Shown in pieces: positions 51,638-63,988 of a DNA stretch of 64,000 nt. The notes under the pieces are model-generated. The model did no database searches, was not told the origin of the DNA, and saw only the letters and a program-made list of their open reading frames with translations. Within the stretch, counting starts at the first letter, position 1. Each line of letters begins with the position of its first letter. Source of the stretch: Mytilus trossulus (taxonomy: Eukaryota); contig NC_086373.1 in assembly GCF_036588685.1 (NCBI RefSeq), forward strand, positions 103,912,001 through 103,976,000, read 5' to 3'. The position numbers and the translations under genes are program-made.

Positions 51638-54600
51638 AGAAGCACATCAAACAGTAAACTGACAAGAAAGTCATCAGTTAGTAGAAGGAAATCTGTGACT
51701 CCTTCATCAATAACCAGTGACAAACAAGTGGATACTAACTATGTTTCAAATGATACAACTTCCACAGTTCAGATTCATACTGCATACTCACGTTGTAACA
51801 AAAGTGATGCATCATCCACTGACATTTCTGTCAAGCCATCAACAACTGTTCTTAATACTGAGAATTATAATGTATCCTCTCCTGCATCATTTACAAGTGA
51901 TAATTTTAACATTGATCTAAGAAGTCCAAGAAGTCGTAAATTAAGCAGAGCCAACACACAAACAACTGATGTTAGAACACCAGAGACCTCTCCATTTGTT
52001 AACAGTGAAGTTTTCATGCCATTATCAGTGGATACACCCCCAACTGCCTCACTCATTACAGCTAATGATGATGATGATGATCTACCTGCTACTCAAATGC
52101 TGGATAACAGAGTATTGAAAAGTATGTTATGTAAATCAAACTGTATAATTATGTAATGATATACAAATTTACATTGTTACATTAGTTGCATAAGTACACT
52201 TTGTATATATAATTGGGCATTACCATACATCATTAATTGAATGTGTACTGGTAAAGATATGATTTTTCCATGCTGAAGATTGTAGGGTGGGACAAAACAT
52301 TTGGAAGATATCATTGGGGTTGAGTATTCATGATGCAGTTATAAAACAAGATATATTTCAGATGCAATAGCATAATAAAACATGATATTTTTCAGATGTA
52401 ATAGCATCAGTTATATCGCATAATATATTTCAGATGTAATAGCCTCAGTTATATCGCATAATATATTTCAGATGTAATAGCCTCAGTTATATCACATGAT
52501 ATTTTTCAGATGCAATAGCCTCAGTTATATCACATAATATATTTCAGATGTAAAAGCCTCAGTTATATCGCATAATATATTTCAGATGTAATAGCCTCAG
52601 TTATATCGCATAATATATATATTTCAGATGTAATAGCCTCAGTTATATCACATAATATATTTCAGATGTAATAGCCTCAGTTATATCACATAATATATTT
52701 CAGATGTAATAGCCTCAGTTATATCACATAATATATTTCAGATGTAATAGCCTCAGTTATATCACATAATATATTTCAGATGTAAAAGCCTCAGTTATAT
52801 CGCATAATATATTTCAGATGTAATAGCCTCAGTTATATCACATAATATATTTCAGATGTAAAAGCCTCAGTTATATCACATAATATATTTCAGATGTAAT
52901 AGCCTCAGTTATATCACATAATATATTTCAGATGATAATATATTTCAGATGTAATAGCCTCAGTTATATCACATGATATTTTTCAGATGTAATAGCCTTA
53001 GTTATATCACATAAAATATTTCAGATGTAATAGCCTCAGTTATATCACATAATATTTTTCAGATGTAATAGCCTCAGTTATATCACATAATATTATTAAT
53101 TCGTATATTTTAACAAATTTGATTCGTTTAGGGATAGTCACATGTTAAACTATATTTTCGAAGGTAGAGAGAAAACGGCGGATAGCAAAAAGCATATTGA
53201 CCTGCAAAAAGCATATCGCACGGATATTTTTAGAATATCTAAAAACCGATATACTTTGTGACGTCATGTAATGAATTTCAGGATATTGTTTAACGTTTTG
53301 AAACACATGATATCTGTGATCGATTATTTGACGAAAAAAATCTTCGAATACATATATAAAAAAAGTAAATGAAATAACAACTAATATGTTGTTATTGTCA
53401 AGGACACAATGTAATATCCATAAAATTCCAACAAACCTAAATGATGATTTTAATACAAATATGGTCGGAAATTAATAATATAACAAATATAGCCTTTGTA
53501 TGAGGTCAATACAGGATATATCGACCCAAAGAAGTATATCGACCTCGGACTTCGTCCTCAGTCAATATACTTCTTTCAGGTCAATATATCCTTGTATCGA
53601 CCTCATACAGAGGCTATATTTGTATAATATATTTCAGATGTAATAGCCTCAGTTATATCACATAATATATTTCAGATGTAATAGCCTCAGTTATATCACA
53701 TAATATATTTCAGATGTAATAGCCTCAGTTATATCACATAATATATTTCAGATGTAATAGCCTCAGTTATATCACATAAAATATTTCAGATGTAATAGCC
53801 TCAGTTATATCACATAATATTTTTCAGATGTAATAGCCTCAGTTATATCACATAATATATTTCAGATGTAATAGCCTCAGTTATATCACATAATATATTT
53901 CAGATGTAATAGCCTCAGTTATATCACATAATATATTTCAGATGTAATAGCCTCAGTTATATCACATAATATATTTCAGATGTAATAGCCTATGTAGAGG
54001 TGAGATCCACTAATGACAACAGAAGTGATGCTATTCGTAAAGAATTAGAACACTTAGGAGCCACAGTGACAAAGAAATTCACAGAGGATGTCACCCATGT
54101 TATCTTCAAAGAAGGCAGCAAGAGAACAAAAACCAAAGCTGCTAAAAATAAATGTCATCTGGTGTCAGTCCTCTGGGTAGACAGGTAAAAAAAGAACAAA
54201 AATAAAACTACTGTACTAGGGTGATGGGTAGACAGGTAAATAAAGAACAAAAATAAAACTACTGTACTAGGGTGATACATGTAGATAAAGAGCACAAATA
54301 AAAACTACAGCTGATATCTGTAATGGGTAATGGGAAGGCTAGAAATAAGAACAATAAAAATTCATACGTCAGTATTGAATGTAGTCCAATAGAACAGAAA
54401 ACCTACTTCACACTACTTTAAACTTTCTCGTTTCTTTATTCAGTTTTAAGTATGACAGACAGGTAAGAATAATTCAACAGCTACAAAAATTGTACAAAAT
54501 AACTAAAATTCTATGTTTTCAATTGTAGTTTTGTATAAATCAAATAGACTAGAAATTAAATAACAAAAAAAACCATTAACATATATATATATGACATAAC

Positions 54601-57600
54601 TCATGACATTTTTAACTGATGTTTCTCATGAAATATACTCAGTAAGGATTAAATGTGATATTTGTATATTACAGTTGCAAGCAGTACCAAGAACATGTAT
54701 CTGAAAGACTTTACCCAGCTGTACTTCCTACCACTAACAAAGGAACACCTCTTTTTCTGGCAAAACTGAAGGTAAAATAGAGATTTTTGTGTGGAAAATT
54801 TATTAAGCTGAACTTATAAAGTTTTAAATTATTACACTAACACAGAAACAATATATTCATATCAAAAGTTCTAATGAAAATGACTTGCCTTGTGTGGTAG
54901 AAAACACTGTGGTTGAAAACTGTTAGATTATGGTAAATTTATATCTTAGTTTAAACATATTTGTTTATAGTGTATTGGGAAACAAGTTTTGCAACCTATA
55001 CTAATCCCTTTCCACTTTACGGGTGCGAGTGCTGCCTTGGAGCGGCATTAGCCTACTCTTTTTTCGAAATCTACAAGGATGTCTTTAACGTGCAAGAGAT
55101 ATGGCTCTCTTAACACGGGTCCGACTTACTATCATTGTTTCCTCAAGACCAAACTCGCAAATGGTGTCAAGAGAGAGCCGAAAATTGAGTTCCTAAAATT
55201 TTCATCCCAAACAGGAATCGAACCAGAACCTTTGTGTTAGTAGTCCGATGCACTAACCACTACACAAAATTAATATCTTTCAATCATACATGTATACATT
55301 TTTTGAATTCGAGTAACTTCCCTGTGTAGGCAAAGCTTACTAACATTAAGTTATATGGTTAATAACAAGAGGCTCTCAAGATGCTGAATCGCTCACCTTA
55401 ATTCTTTTGGTTAAATCTCTCATCAATGATTATTTTGGCTTTTCAATTTATTTAAATGTTTTTTGGATCGTCCTATTTTCTTTAAAAGCAAAAAAAAAAT
55501 CATTTTCTCTGATGTTCTATTTTAGCCATAGAAGCTATGTTTCCTGACATACAAGGAAATAAAATATAAAATTTATACTAGATACTATGAAACTCATTTA
55601 GCCTAAGTTTGACTGAAATTGATACAGCAGTTTCAAAGGAGAAGATTTTTTAAAGTAAGTCAACATGATGAACAAATTGTGAAAAAAGTCTTTAAAGGGC
55701 AATAACTCCTTAAGGGGTCAATTGACAATTTTGGTAAGATAGACTTATTTGTAGAACTTACTTTGCTGAAAATTATTGCTCACTTTAGGTAGCACTCCAC
55801 AGTTAGGTGTGTAGTTTCGCATTTTGGCCCCTGTGGATTTTTTAAATATGAGAGCTAGTGTGCAATAAAATTCATTTTTGGATAGCTGAGTATTAAAATA
55901 GCCTTTGTATTGGGTTTATATGAACATCAAGGTTATGTAATGTATGTAATATAGGCTGTTTTCTGTATGACAGTCCGTATTTGCATGTCCATACCATACA
56001 TTGGTCCGGCAATTATTGTAATGTTTTTTTCCAACTTTTTATCGCACGAACTTTGTGATTGGATTTTACGAAAAAATGAGGCGAAAGACACCCATTTTTT
56101 ATTTGATCATTAGGAAGATTTAAGGAAACAGTTTCTAAAAAGGTATTACTCAAAGGCATTGAAATTCTAGTTTGATCCAAATTTTGGGGGGATAAATGAC
56201 ATGTTCACCCCCCTTTTTGCAATATTTTATGGTAAATAAATGCTGAATGTTGCCATGGATACACATAAAAGGAATTAATTTTCACCCTTTTAACTTTGGA
56301 AAATTGAATCTATGGAAGATACTGATTACATACATATGTACATGTACAACACAAACAGTTAGGTTAATGTATTAGAAATCCAGGAATAGGAGATGATAAA
56401 ACATTTTGGGGCTCATTTTTAATTTTATTTTCTAACTGTGGAGTGCTACCTTATGGCACATCAGAAAGCACAGAAATGCACTTTTAAAGTTAAAATTGAC
56501 CACAAATCTTTAGTCTTTTATGTTCTTGTTTTAGTTCTGAAGGTAAAAAAACTGCTAGGAATGCAATTTATGTTAATTTTATTGTTTACTGTCCTTAGCA
56601 ACCAAATATACAAATTTTGACACTTAGACATGTTGCGGTCTTAAATTTTTACCCCGTTAGCTTTGCCCTTGTAACCAAAGATTGCGCTTTATATGATAAT
56701 CTCAGAATGTATCGCTTAATATTTTTGAATGTGAATAAGTCAAATAAACATTTTTAGCAGGATTTTATATCATAATTTGGCATTAAATAAATTTAATGAT
56801 GCCAGTACTGCAAGAAATTTATACCATGCTTGAGAGCTTCTAAACCAAGGTTAGGTATGCTATTTACAGCAAAAATTACCTATAAGTGCTTTCAAACACC
56901 TAAAACTTGTATAATTTGTCCTCTTTTAAGGTAATTTTATAATTTCAAATAAAAAAAAGGGAAAAGTTTTAGAAATTTACCCCAAAAATGAGACAGCCTT
57001 GAAGTTTTTCACTATGATCCAGCATTTATTTTAAAATCACTTTTTGTCGCGTTTCAACACCAACTGCTAACCTTCATAAAATCTTTATTACTGAACCAAT
57101 TTTAAAAACTAGCATACCATTTTCATTGTAACAACTAGTAGAACACAGAAAACATAAAAAAAGTTTAGGCAGGAGGGGAAAAATTTCACCTTAAGGTAGC
57201 ACTCCACAGTTAGGTGTGTAGTTTCGCATTTTGGCCCCTGTGGATTTTTTAAATATGAGAGCTAGTGTGCAATAAAATTCATTTTTGGATAGCTGAGTAT
57301 TAAAATAGCCTTTGTATTGGGTTTATATGAACATCAAGGTTATGTAATGTATGTAATATAGGCTGTTTTCTGTATGACAGTCCGTATTTGCATGTCCATA
57401 CCATACATTGGTCCGGCAATTATTGTAATGTTTTTTTCCAACTTTTTATCGCACGAACTTTGTGATTGGATTTTACGAAAAAATGAGGCGAAAGACACCC
57501 ATTTTTTATTTGATCATTAGGAAGATTTAAGGAAACAGTTTCTAAAAAGGTATTACTCAAAGGCATTGAAATTCTAGTTTGATCCAAATTTTGGGGGGAT

Positions 57601-60600
57601 AAATGACATGTTCACCCCCCTTTTTGCAATATTTTATGGTAAATAAATGCTGAATGTTGCCATGGATACACATAAAAGGAATTAATTTTCACCCTTTTAA
57701 CTTTGGAAAATTGAATCTATGGAAGATACTGATTACATACATATGTACATGTACAACACAAACAGTTAGGTTAATGTATTAGAAATCCAGGAATAGGAGA
57801 TGATAAAACATTTTGGGGCTCATTTTTAATTTTATTTTCTAACTGTGGAGTGCTACCTTAAAGTTTATCTCTATCTATAATAATATTCAAGATAATAACC
57901 AAAAACAGCAAAATTTCCTTAAAATTATCAATTCAGGGGCAGCAACCCAACAACAGGTTGTCTGATTCATCTGAAAATTTCAGGGCAGATAGATCTTGAC
58001 CTGATAAACAATATTACCTCATGTCAGATTTGCTCTAAATGCTTTGGTTTTTGAGTTATAAGCCAAAAACTGCATTTGACCCCTATGTTCTATTTTTAGT
58101 AATGGCAACCATGTTTGTTGATAGATCAAAACTTCGGATACAATTTATAAACTAGATACCCTAAGGAACATTCAGTTAAAGTTTGGAAGTATTTGGCCCA
58201 GTAGTTTCAGAGGAGAAGATTTTTGTAAAAGATAACTAAGAATTACGAAAAATGGTTAAAAATTGATTATAAAGGGCAATAACTCCTAAAGGGGTCAACT
58301 GACCATTTCGGTCATGTTGACTTATTTGTAAATCCTACTTTGCTGAACATTATCGCTGTTTACAGTTTATCTCTATCTATAATAATATTCAAGATAATAA
58401 CCAAAAACAGCAAAATTTCCTTAAAATTACCAATTCAGGGGCAGCAACCCAACAACGGATTGTCTCATTCATCTGAAAATTTCAGGGCAGATAGATCTTG
58501 ACCTGATAAACCATATTACCCCATGTCAGTTTTGCTCTAAATGCTTTGGTTTTTGAGTTATAAGCCAAAAACTGCATTTGACCCCTATGTTCTATTTTTA
58601 GCAATGGCGACCATGTTTGTTGATAGATCAAAACCTCGGATACAATTTATAAACTAGATACACTAAGGAACATTCAGTTAAAGTTTGGAAGTATTTGGCC
58701 CAGTAGTTTCAGAGGAGAAGATTCTTGAAATAGTTTACGACGACAGACGACGGACGACGACGGACGCCAAGTGATGGCATAAGCTCACTTGGCCCTTCGG
58801 GCCAGGTGAGCTAAAAAGGAAGATAACAAAAATACTGAACTCTGAGGAAAATTCAAAAATGAAAGTCCTCAATCAAATGGCAAGATCAAAAGCTCTTACA
58901 CATCAAATGAATGGATAGCAACTGTCACATTCCTGACTTGTTTCAGGCATTTTCTTATTTAGGAAATGATGGATTGAACCTGGTTTTATAGGAAGCTAAA
59001 CCTCTTACATATATGACAGTCGCATCAAATTCCATTATATTGACAACTTTGCGTGAACAGAACAAACAGACACAATAGGTCAAAATGTAAAAAATAGGGA
59101 TACAGCAGTCAACATTGTGTTATCATCCCTCTGAATCACTAAAAAAACAAATGTAGCAAAGAAGCACAAAAAGTTATCTATGTGTATGGAGTCTAATTTC
59201 AAAACACTTCATTCTGACAAGTAATTTAATGAAAATTATGAAATATTTCAGACAGAATATATAAGGATGATGCTAAATGTTACAGAATTTCGTACAATGA
59301 ATATGATTTAACATAGAAAAGTTTTTGTCTTGCTCTTTAGAAAGCTAAGTCGATGCAGCCTAGTAACTTTGACGAAGAAGTGGCAAACAGTGCTGAAAGA
59401 TGCAACAAAAGAAAAAAACAGTTGGTGGAGAAATTACAGTCTTCAGAATGTACACCACAAAATTCTCCTAACCTTGGTAGAATACTAGTTCAAGAAACAC
59501 AACCAAGAACTCCAGTATGTATTAAATACCTGTAACCTTGGTAGACATGGTTCAAGAAACAAAACCAAAAACTCAAATATGTATTTTTGAAAATACACCT
59601 AACCTTAGTAGTCTACTGGTTCAAGGAACACAACCAAGAACTCCAGTATGTATTAAATACCCCTATCTTTGGTAGAATGCTGGTTGAAAAACATCATCAA
59701 AAACTTAATTATGTATTTATATTCCTAAAAATTCTAACCTTGGTAGAAAACTTATTAAGGAAACGCGACACAGAATTCCAGTTTCCATTAAATATTCAGT
59801 GGCGGATCCAGAGGGGGGGTTCCGGGGGTCCGCACCCCCCCTTTATTTTGGCCGATCAATGCATTTGAATCGGGATAATTTTGCACCCCCCCCTGCACCC
59901 CCCCCCTTTGCCCTGGGCTAGCACCCCCCCTTTCGAAAATTCCTGCATCCGCCACTGATATTTCACAAATACTGTCAACTTTGTTATACATGTAATACTG
60001 GTTTGGAAAACACAACCAAAAACTAAAATATGTCAAAAACCCATGATAACAATTTCCTGGGAAAGAGATTTTAAAATGTTTTATCCAAAAAAGAAATTGA
60101 TAATATAAGCCTATTTATTACAGATTGATATCAATACTCCAATAAGACTGTTGATTCCTGACACTCCACCAAGTATGAGAGAGAAGATGAAGCAAATTAT
60201 GGCGAAGGAATCAGGTCAGATATCTACTTATTTTTATAAAATATTCTTTAAGTTTTTAATATGAGGGAGAGAGTTGAAAATTTTATTGTGCAACCTCAGA
60301 TATTAAAGATAAATATTCTCAATTTTATAGAAACAATTGTCTGTTGATATCATTTATAGTTATTTAATCTCTCAATAGAATTATGCATTTTGTTTTGGAA
60401 AAAAGTAACAGTTTCAAAAGATATTTGACGTGATAATATGTGTTTGCCTATGTGTGTAGAGTAGGACTTTTATCAGATAAATATTAAGAATAAGACCAAA
60501 ATAACTGTTTATTTGCCTCCTGATATTTGTTTGATGTACATTAGATATCTTAAAGATTTATTGTGTTTGAATGATTCTTACAGATACACCAGAGAGAGAG

Positions 60601-63600
60601 ATGGAGGAGGAAGAACCATTACAGAGAAGATTATTTAGTAGGTTTATTATCATGCCATCCATCATTGAAGGAAAGATACCATTAAAAACTAAATAAGTTT
60701 GGTATTAAGTATAAAAATATGAAGATGTGGTATGATTCCCAATGAGACAGCTTAGACATCCACACAACAGTAAGACACTAAGAACAGATCTGAGAGTACT
60801 AGCAGTTACTGTCAGCTAGTTCAAACCTAATAATAACTAATGAAAAAAACATGCATGTAAGATTGAAAAATCAATGAAACACATCCAACTTCCAATGAAT
60901 TTAGTGTAAAGAACTCATAAAACATGACCTTGTACAATGCCAAGTTACAGGTATTGACAGATTGTAGATCCATGAATGTGTATATGTATATACAAATAAT
61001 ATTGAGTTTAATTTAAATTTACAAATAACAAAATTAATATAGATACAAATAAAATTAATATTCCAAGATCTAATTACAGCGTTGAATTGTAGTGACCTTT
61101 TTACCCATTACTTCCCATGTCCAGGCTAGGTAATCAACATCTCTGTAGAAATAAGGATGTGCTATCCTATTTGAAATAAGTTTTCAATAGATACATCTAT
61201 ACAATATAACCAAATCTTTAATCTATGGAAGAATTTATTAAAGCTTCAAAGTATTTAGTGGTACAAAAATCCCTGACTTATTAATTTTTCTTTTTTCTTG
61301 CTGTGTTGAAGACCCATTGGTGGCCTTCCGACGTATTTTTTTACTCTTTATCGTGTTTTTGTCTCACTGACATGTTCCCCATTTCCATTCTCAATTTTAC
61401 CAGTAATACATAGATTATTAATGCAATTCATTTTCTTTTTTTTCCAGCTGGAGTTCAAAATGTCAGCTTTGAATCCAATGATGTGGATCATCTTATGGAT
61501 GGTTTAAATGATGAAATCAAAAAATGTATAGACAATATGCCTGAATCCCCAATACCACCTACCTCATTAGATAAACCAGTATCTAGTCCATCTAATAACA
61601 AGGATAAACCTAGTCATTTGTCAGCATTAACTTCTGATCTTAATCCAGAAAAAAAATCTCCCAAATCAAAAAAACGTCGGAAATCTATGGCGGTTGTAAA
61701 GTTTGCAGAGGATGAAGTGAAAGCCAAAAGAACATCAAACAGGAGAAAATCTGTTGCTATATTTACACCATCTAAAATTGTGGATAAAGATTCGAGGCAG
61801 GATGAAATCCTTATAAAACAGCCTTCATCAAAAATTTTGAAAGGAAAAATGATTGAAGTGTCTCCCTTGGCACAACAATCAGATATTTCTTCTGTGGAAA
61901 TATCTAATGTTAATAATAATGCAGACAACAATGTGTCACAGAAAAGAAAATCAGTCAGCAGACGTAAATCTATGGTGACCAGCAAGAAATTACTCGATAA
62001 TTCTGAAATAGAACACCGAAATTCTGTAGAAAATTCTTCTGTGGAATTAACTAATGTTAATAATAATGCAGATAATAAAAATGTGTCACAGAAAAGAAAA
62101 TCAGTTAGCAGATGTAAATCTATGGTGACCAGCAAGAAGTTACTTGATAATACTGCAATAGAAAATAAAAGTTCTGTAGATAAGTCTGAAGATAAAAAGA
62201 CATCAACTAATGAAACTAACCTTACTGTGGAAAGAGACAGTGATACATGTGATCAACAGGAAAAAGTTGTGGCTGGAAAATTTGTAATATCAGTTGATGC
62301 AGGAAATAATGTTATATCAGTGGATTCAGTTAAACCACAGTCATTAGTTGAAGTTTCTTCAAGTATAGATATAGACAATACAACAAGTCAGTCAGTTCGG
62401 AAAAAGGGACCCCAGAGAACAATCAGTAAGAAAAAATTACTTCCCCTATCTGATTTGGATCCAGATTTACCTCTTCTGTCAAAAACACCAGATGGTTATA
62501 CACCTACCAGGAAACGTCAATGGGCATCTTGTAGTGGACTAGAATCTAATATTTCTGCATTGTTTCCTACTCAATCACCGAAAAGGAAACAACCACGTAA
62601 AGGAAGTCTTTCAGAGAAAAAGTCAAGTCAAGAAAGTCATCCAAGTGCCTCTGGTAGTAACAATATTGTAATGCCAGATGAATTGACATTACAAGAAACA
62701 ACAATCAATTCTAGTACAGCTACACAGAATGATAACTCAATGTCTTTAGCATATGGTGACTCAATACTAAGTTCTCAATCTAGTAGATATGCCCCCAGGC
62801 CAAGTATTGATGAGTTTAACTTAGCAAGAGGGATTAAACACATGAGAAGACCAAGGCCCGTATCAACATCTTCTTACAGGAAATCAGACAGTGACAGTAG
62901 TGATAATAGTCTACCAAAGAAGATATACAGAAGAAGTCCTCCTACAAGACCATCTCTTGTCATGACAAGTCTTCATGCTGAGTACGTAACTTTCTTGTCG
63001 TCACTTGACCTCTTTTATCAGCTGTCTCTTATTCAATGTTATAGATTTTGTTATAAACTATATTCTTAAATCCCTATGCCAATTAAATACAATATTGAAA
63101 ACAATTATCAAAGGGTTGTTTATTTTCAAAGTTATATTCTAATTCCATGTTTCATAACCTTGCATAAGCGACTATGTTTATTTTATTCTAATGCTATTCT
63201 ATGGATGGAGATATTTGTTTTGTTAAAGATTCACACTTACATTTTATATTTTGAAGACAATAAAAGTATTACTTTTATGAAATAGAATTCAGCCTTTTTT
63301 CATCTATTGAAAATCTGCATTATAGAAATAACATCACTTTCCTTACTTTCATTTATAAAACAATTATGTTTTTAGTAAAATGTTTAAAAAACTAAAACAA
63401 ATCACAACAGAAGTTACAAGTCAAATGTTACAAATTTTATGAATTGTAAAAATTAATCAAATTATTTTTATTCCAGAGAACAGGATCTTATAATATCTGT
63501 TGTGAAGAGATTAGGACACTTTGTGATCTCTGACAATGTAACAGAGACAACAACACACTTGATATGTGGTGGACCTCGGAGAACATTAAATGTGCTGTAT

Positions 63601-63988
63601 GGTATAATGAGGGGGATAATGATTGTTCATAAGCAATGGGTAAGACATATTTACATTTTCCTTTGTTTAGAAAATGGGAATAATGTTTCTCAGTTAATCC
63701 TACACTTTGAAGTATGTTTGTAAATGATTTAAGTTATCACATCTTTCTGACAGTATCAACAGTTAATAAGTGTTGAGTCTTGTATATTACACTACATACA
63801 AAATCCTGTCAGTTTTTTTCATATTGTTGAAAATTAGAAAAGACTCTTTAAAATAAAGAATCTGTTTAAATTAGAACAGAAATGAAGATATATACTGGTC
63901 TCTTTTTCAGGTGTTATCATCATTAGAAGCGCAATCATGGTTACCAGGGGATGATTATGAAGCAACTGATTATTTCCCAGTTGCAAAG
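51638..63988 (+). CDS. MCPH1: Microcephalin (BRCT domains), partial: start uncertain, continues past the window end
   Basis: Exons 51638-52121, 53980-54184, 54675-54771, 59341-59514, 60124-60214, 60584-60637, 61448-62981, 63477-63639, 63911-63988 are phase-compatible. N-terminal BRCT LKNVIAYVEVRS...VTHVIFKEG...LVSVLWVDSCK, KSMQP motif, second BRCT SLVMTSLH...TTTHLICGGPRRTLNVLYGI...WVLSSLE...YFP. Confidence 0.93.
52345..53991 (+). repeat. 38-bp minisatellite (about 30 units) built from the MCPH1 BRCT1-exon splice acceptor
   Basis: Unit ATGTAATAGCCTCAGTTATATCACATAATATATTTCAG. The last TTTCAG|ATGTAATAGCCT (53979/53980) runs into the exon. Confidence 0.95.
53094..53623. mobile_element. 530-bp insertion with a terminal 141-nt hairpin, inside the minisatellite
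   Basis: Interrupts one repeat unit, with ATAATAT on both sides. Hairpin at 53483-53623. No TIRs. Confidence 0.8.
54945..55266 (-). mobile_element. tRNA-derived SINE (probably Meta-domain type)
   Basis: Minus strand: GTGTAGTGGTTAG (A box), GGTTCGATTCC (B box), central CCCGTGT...CTTGCACGTTAAAG motif and an AT-rich tail. Confidence 0.65.
55364..58815 (-). mobile_element. Helentron-associated element (reverse orientation), interrupted by a composite element
   Basis: Reverse-complement 5' structure at 58782-58813, (GAC)n at 58738-58766, 502-bp core repeats and a 3' hairpin at 55369-55398. Confidence 0.85.
55788..57857. mobile_element. Composite-like Kolobok (KolobokP-type) non-autonomous element with two 663-bp terminal direct repeats
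   Basis: 55788-56450 and 57195-57857 look identical. Each has TIRs GGTAGCACTCCACAGTTAG...CTAACTGTGGAGTGCTACC. Junctions are TTTA, TTAT, TTAA and TTAA. The middle is about 740 bp and non-coding. Confidence 0.75.
59470..60035 (+). repeat. Degenerate about 65-bp tandem copies of an MCPH1 exon end plus donor
   Basis: AACCTTGGTAGA..GTTCAAGAAACACAACCAAGAACTCCA|GTATGTATT recurs at about 59470, 59534, 59601, 59667, 59736 and 59996. Confidence 0.8.
59797..59957. mobile_element. 161-bp GC-rich MITE, 5-bp TSD
   Basis: ATATT|CAGTGGCGGATCCAG...CTGCATCCGCCACTG|ATATT. Confidence 0.85.

Noticed and set aside
52345-53991. CRISPR-like array
   Set aside because: Units are head-to-tail with no unique spacers, in a eukaryotic intron, with no cas genes.
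61614-62135. 173-aa minus-strand ORF (also 44235-44546, 30295-30597, 13791-14207, 11327-11701)
   Set aside because: Antisense shadows of real coding sequence with no independent motifs.
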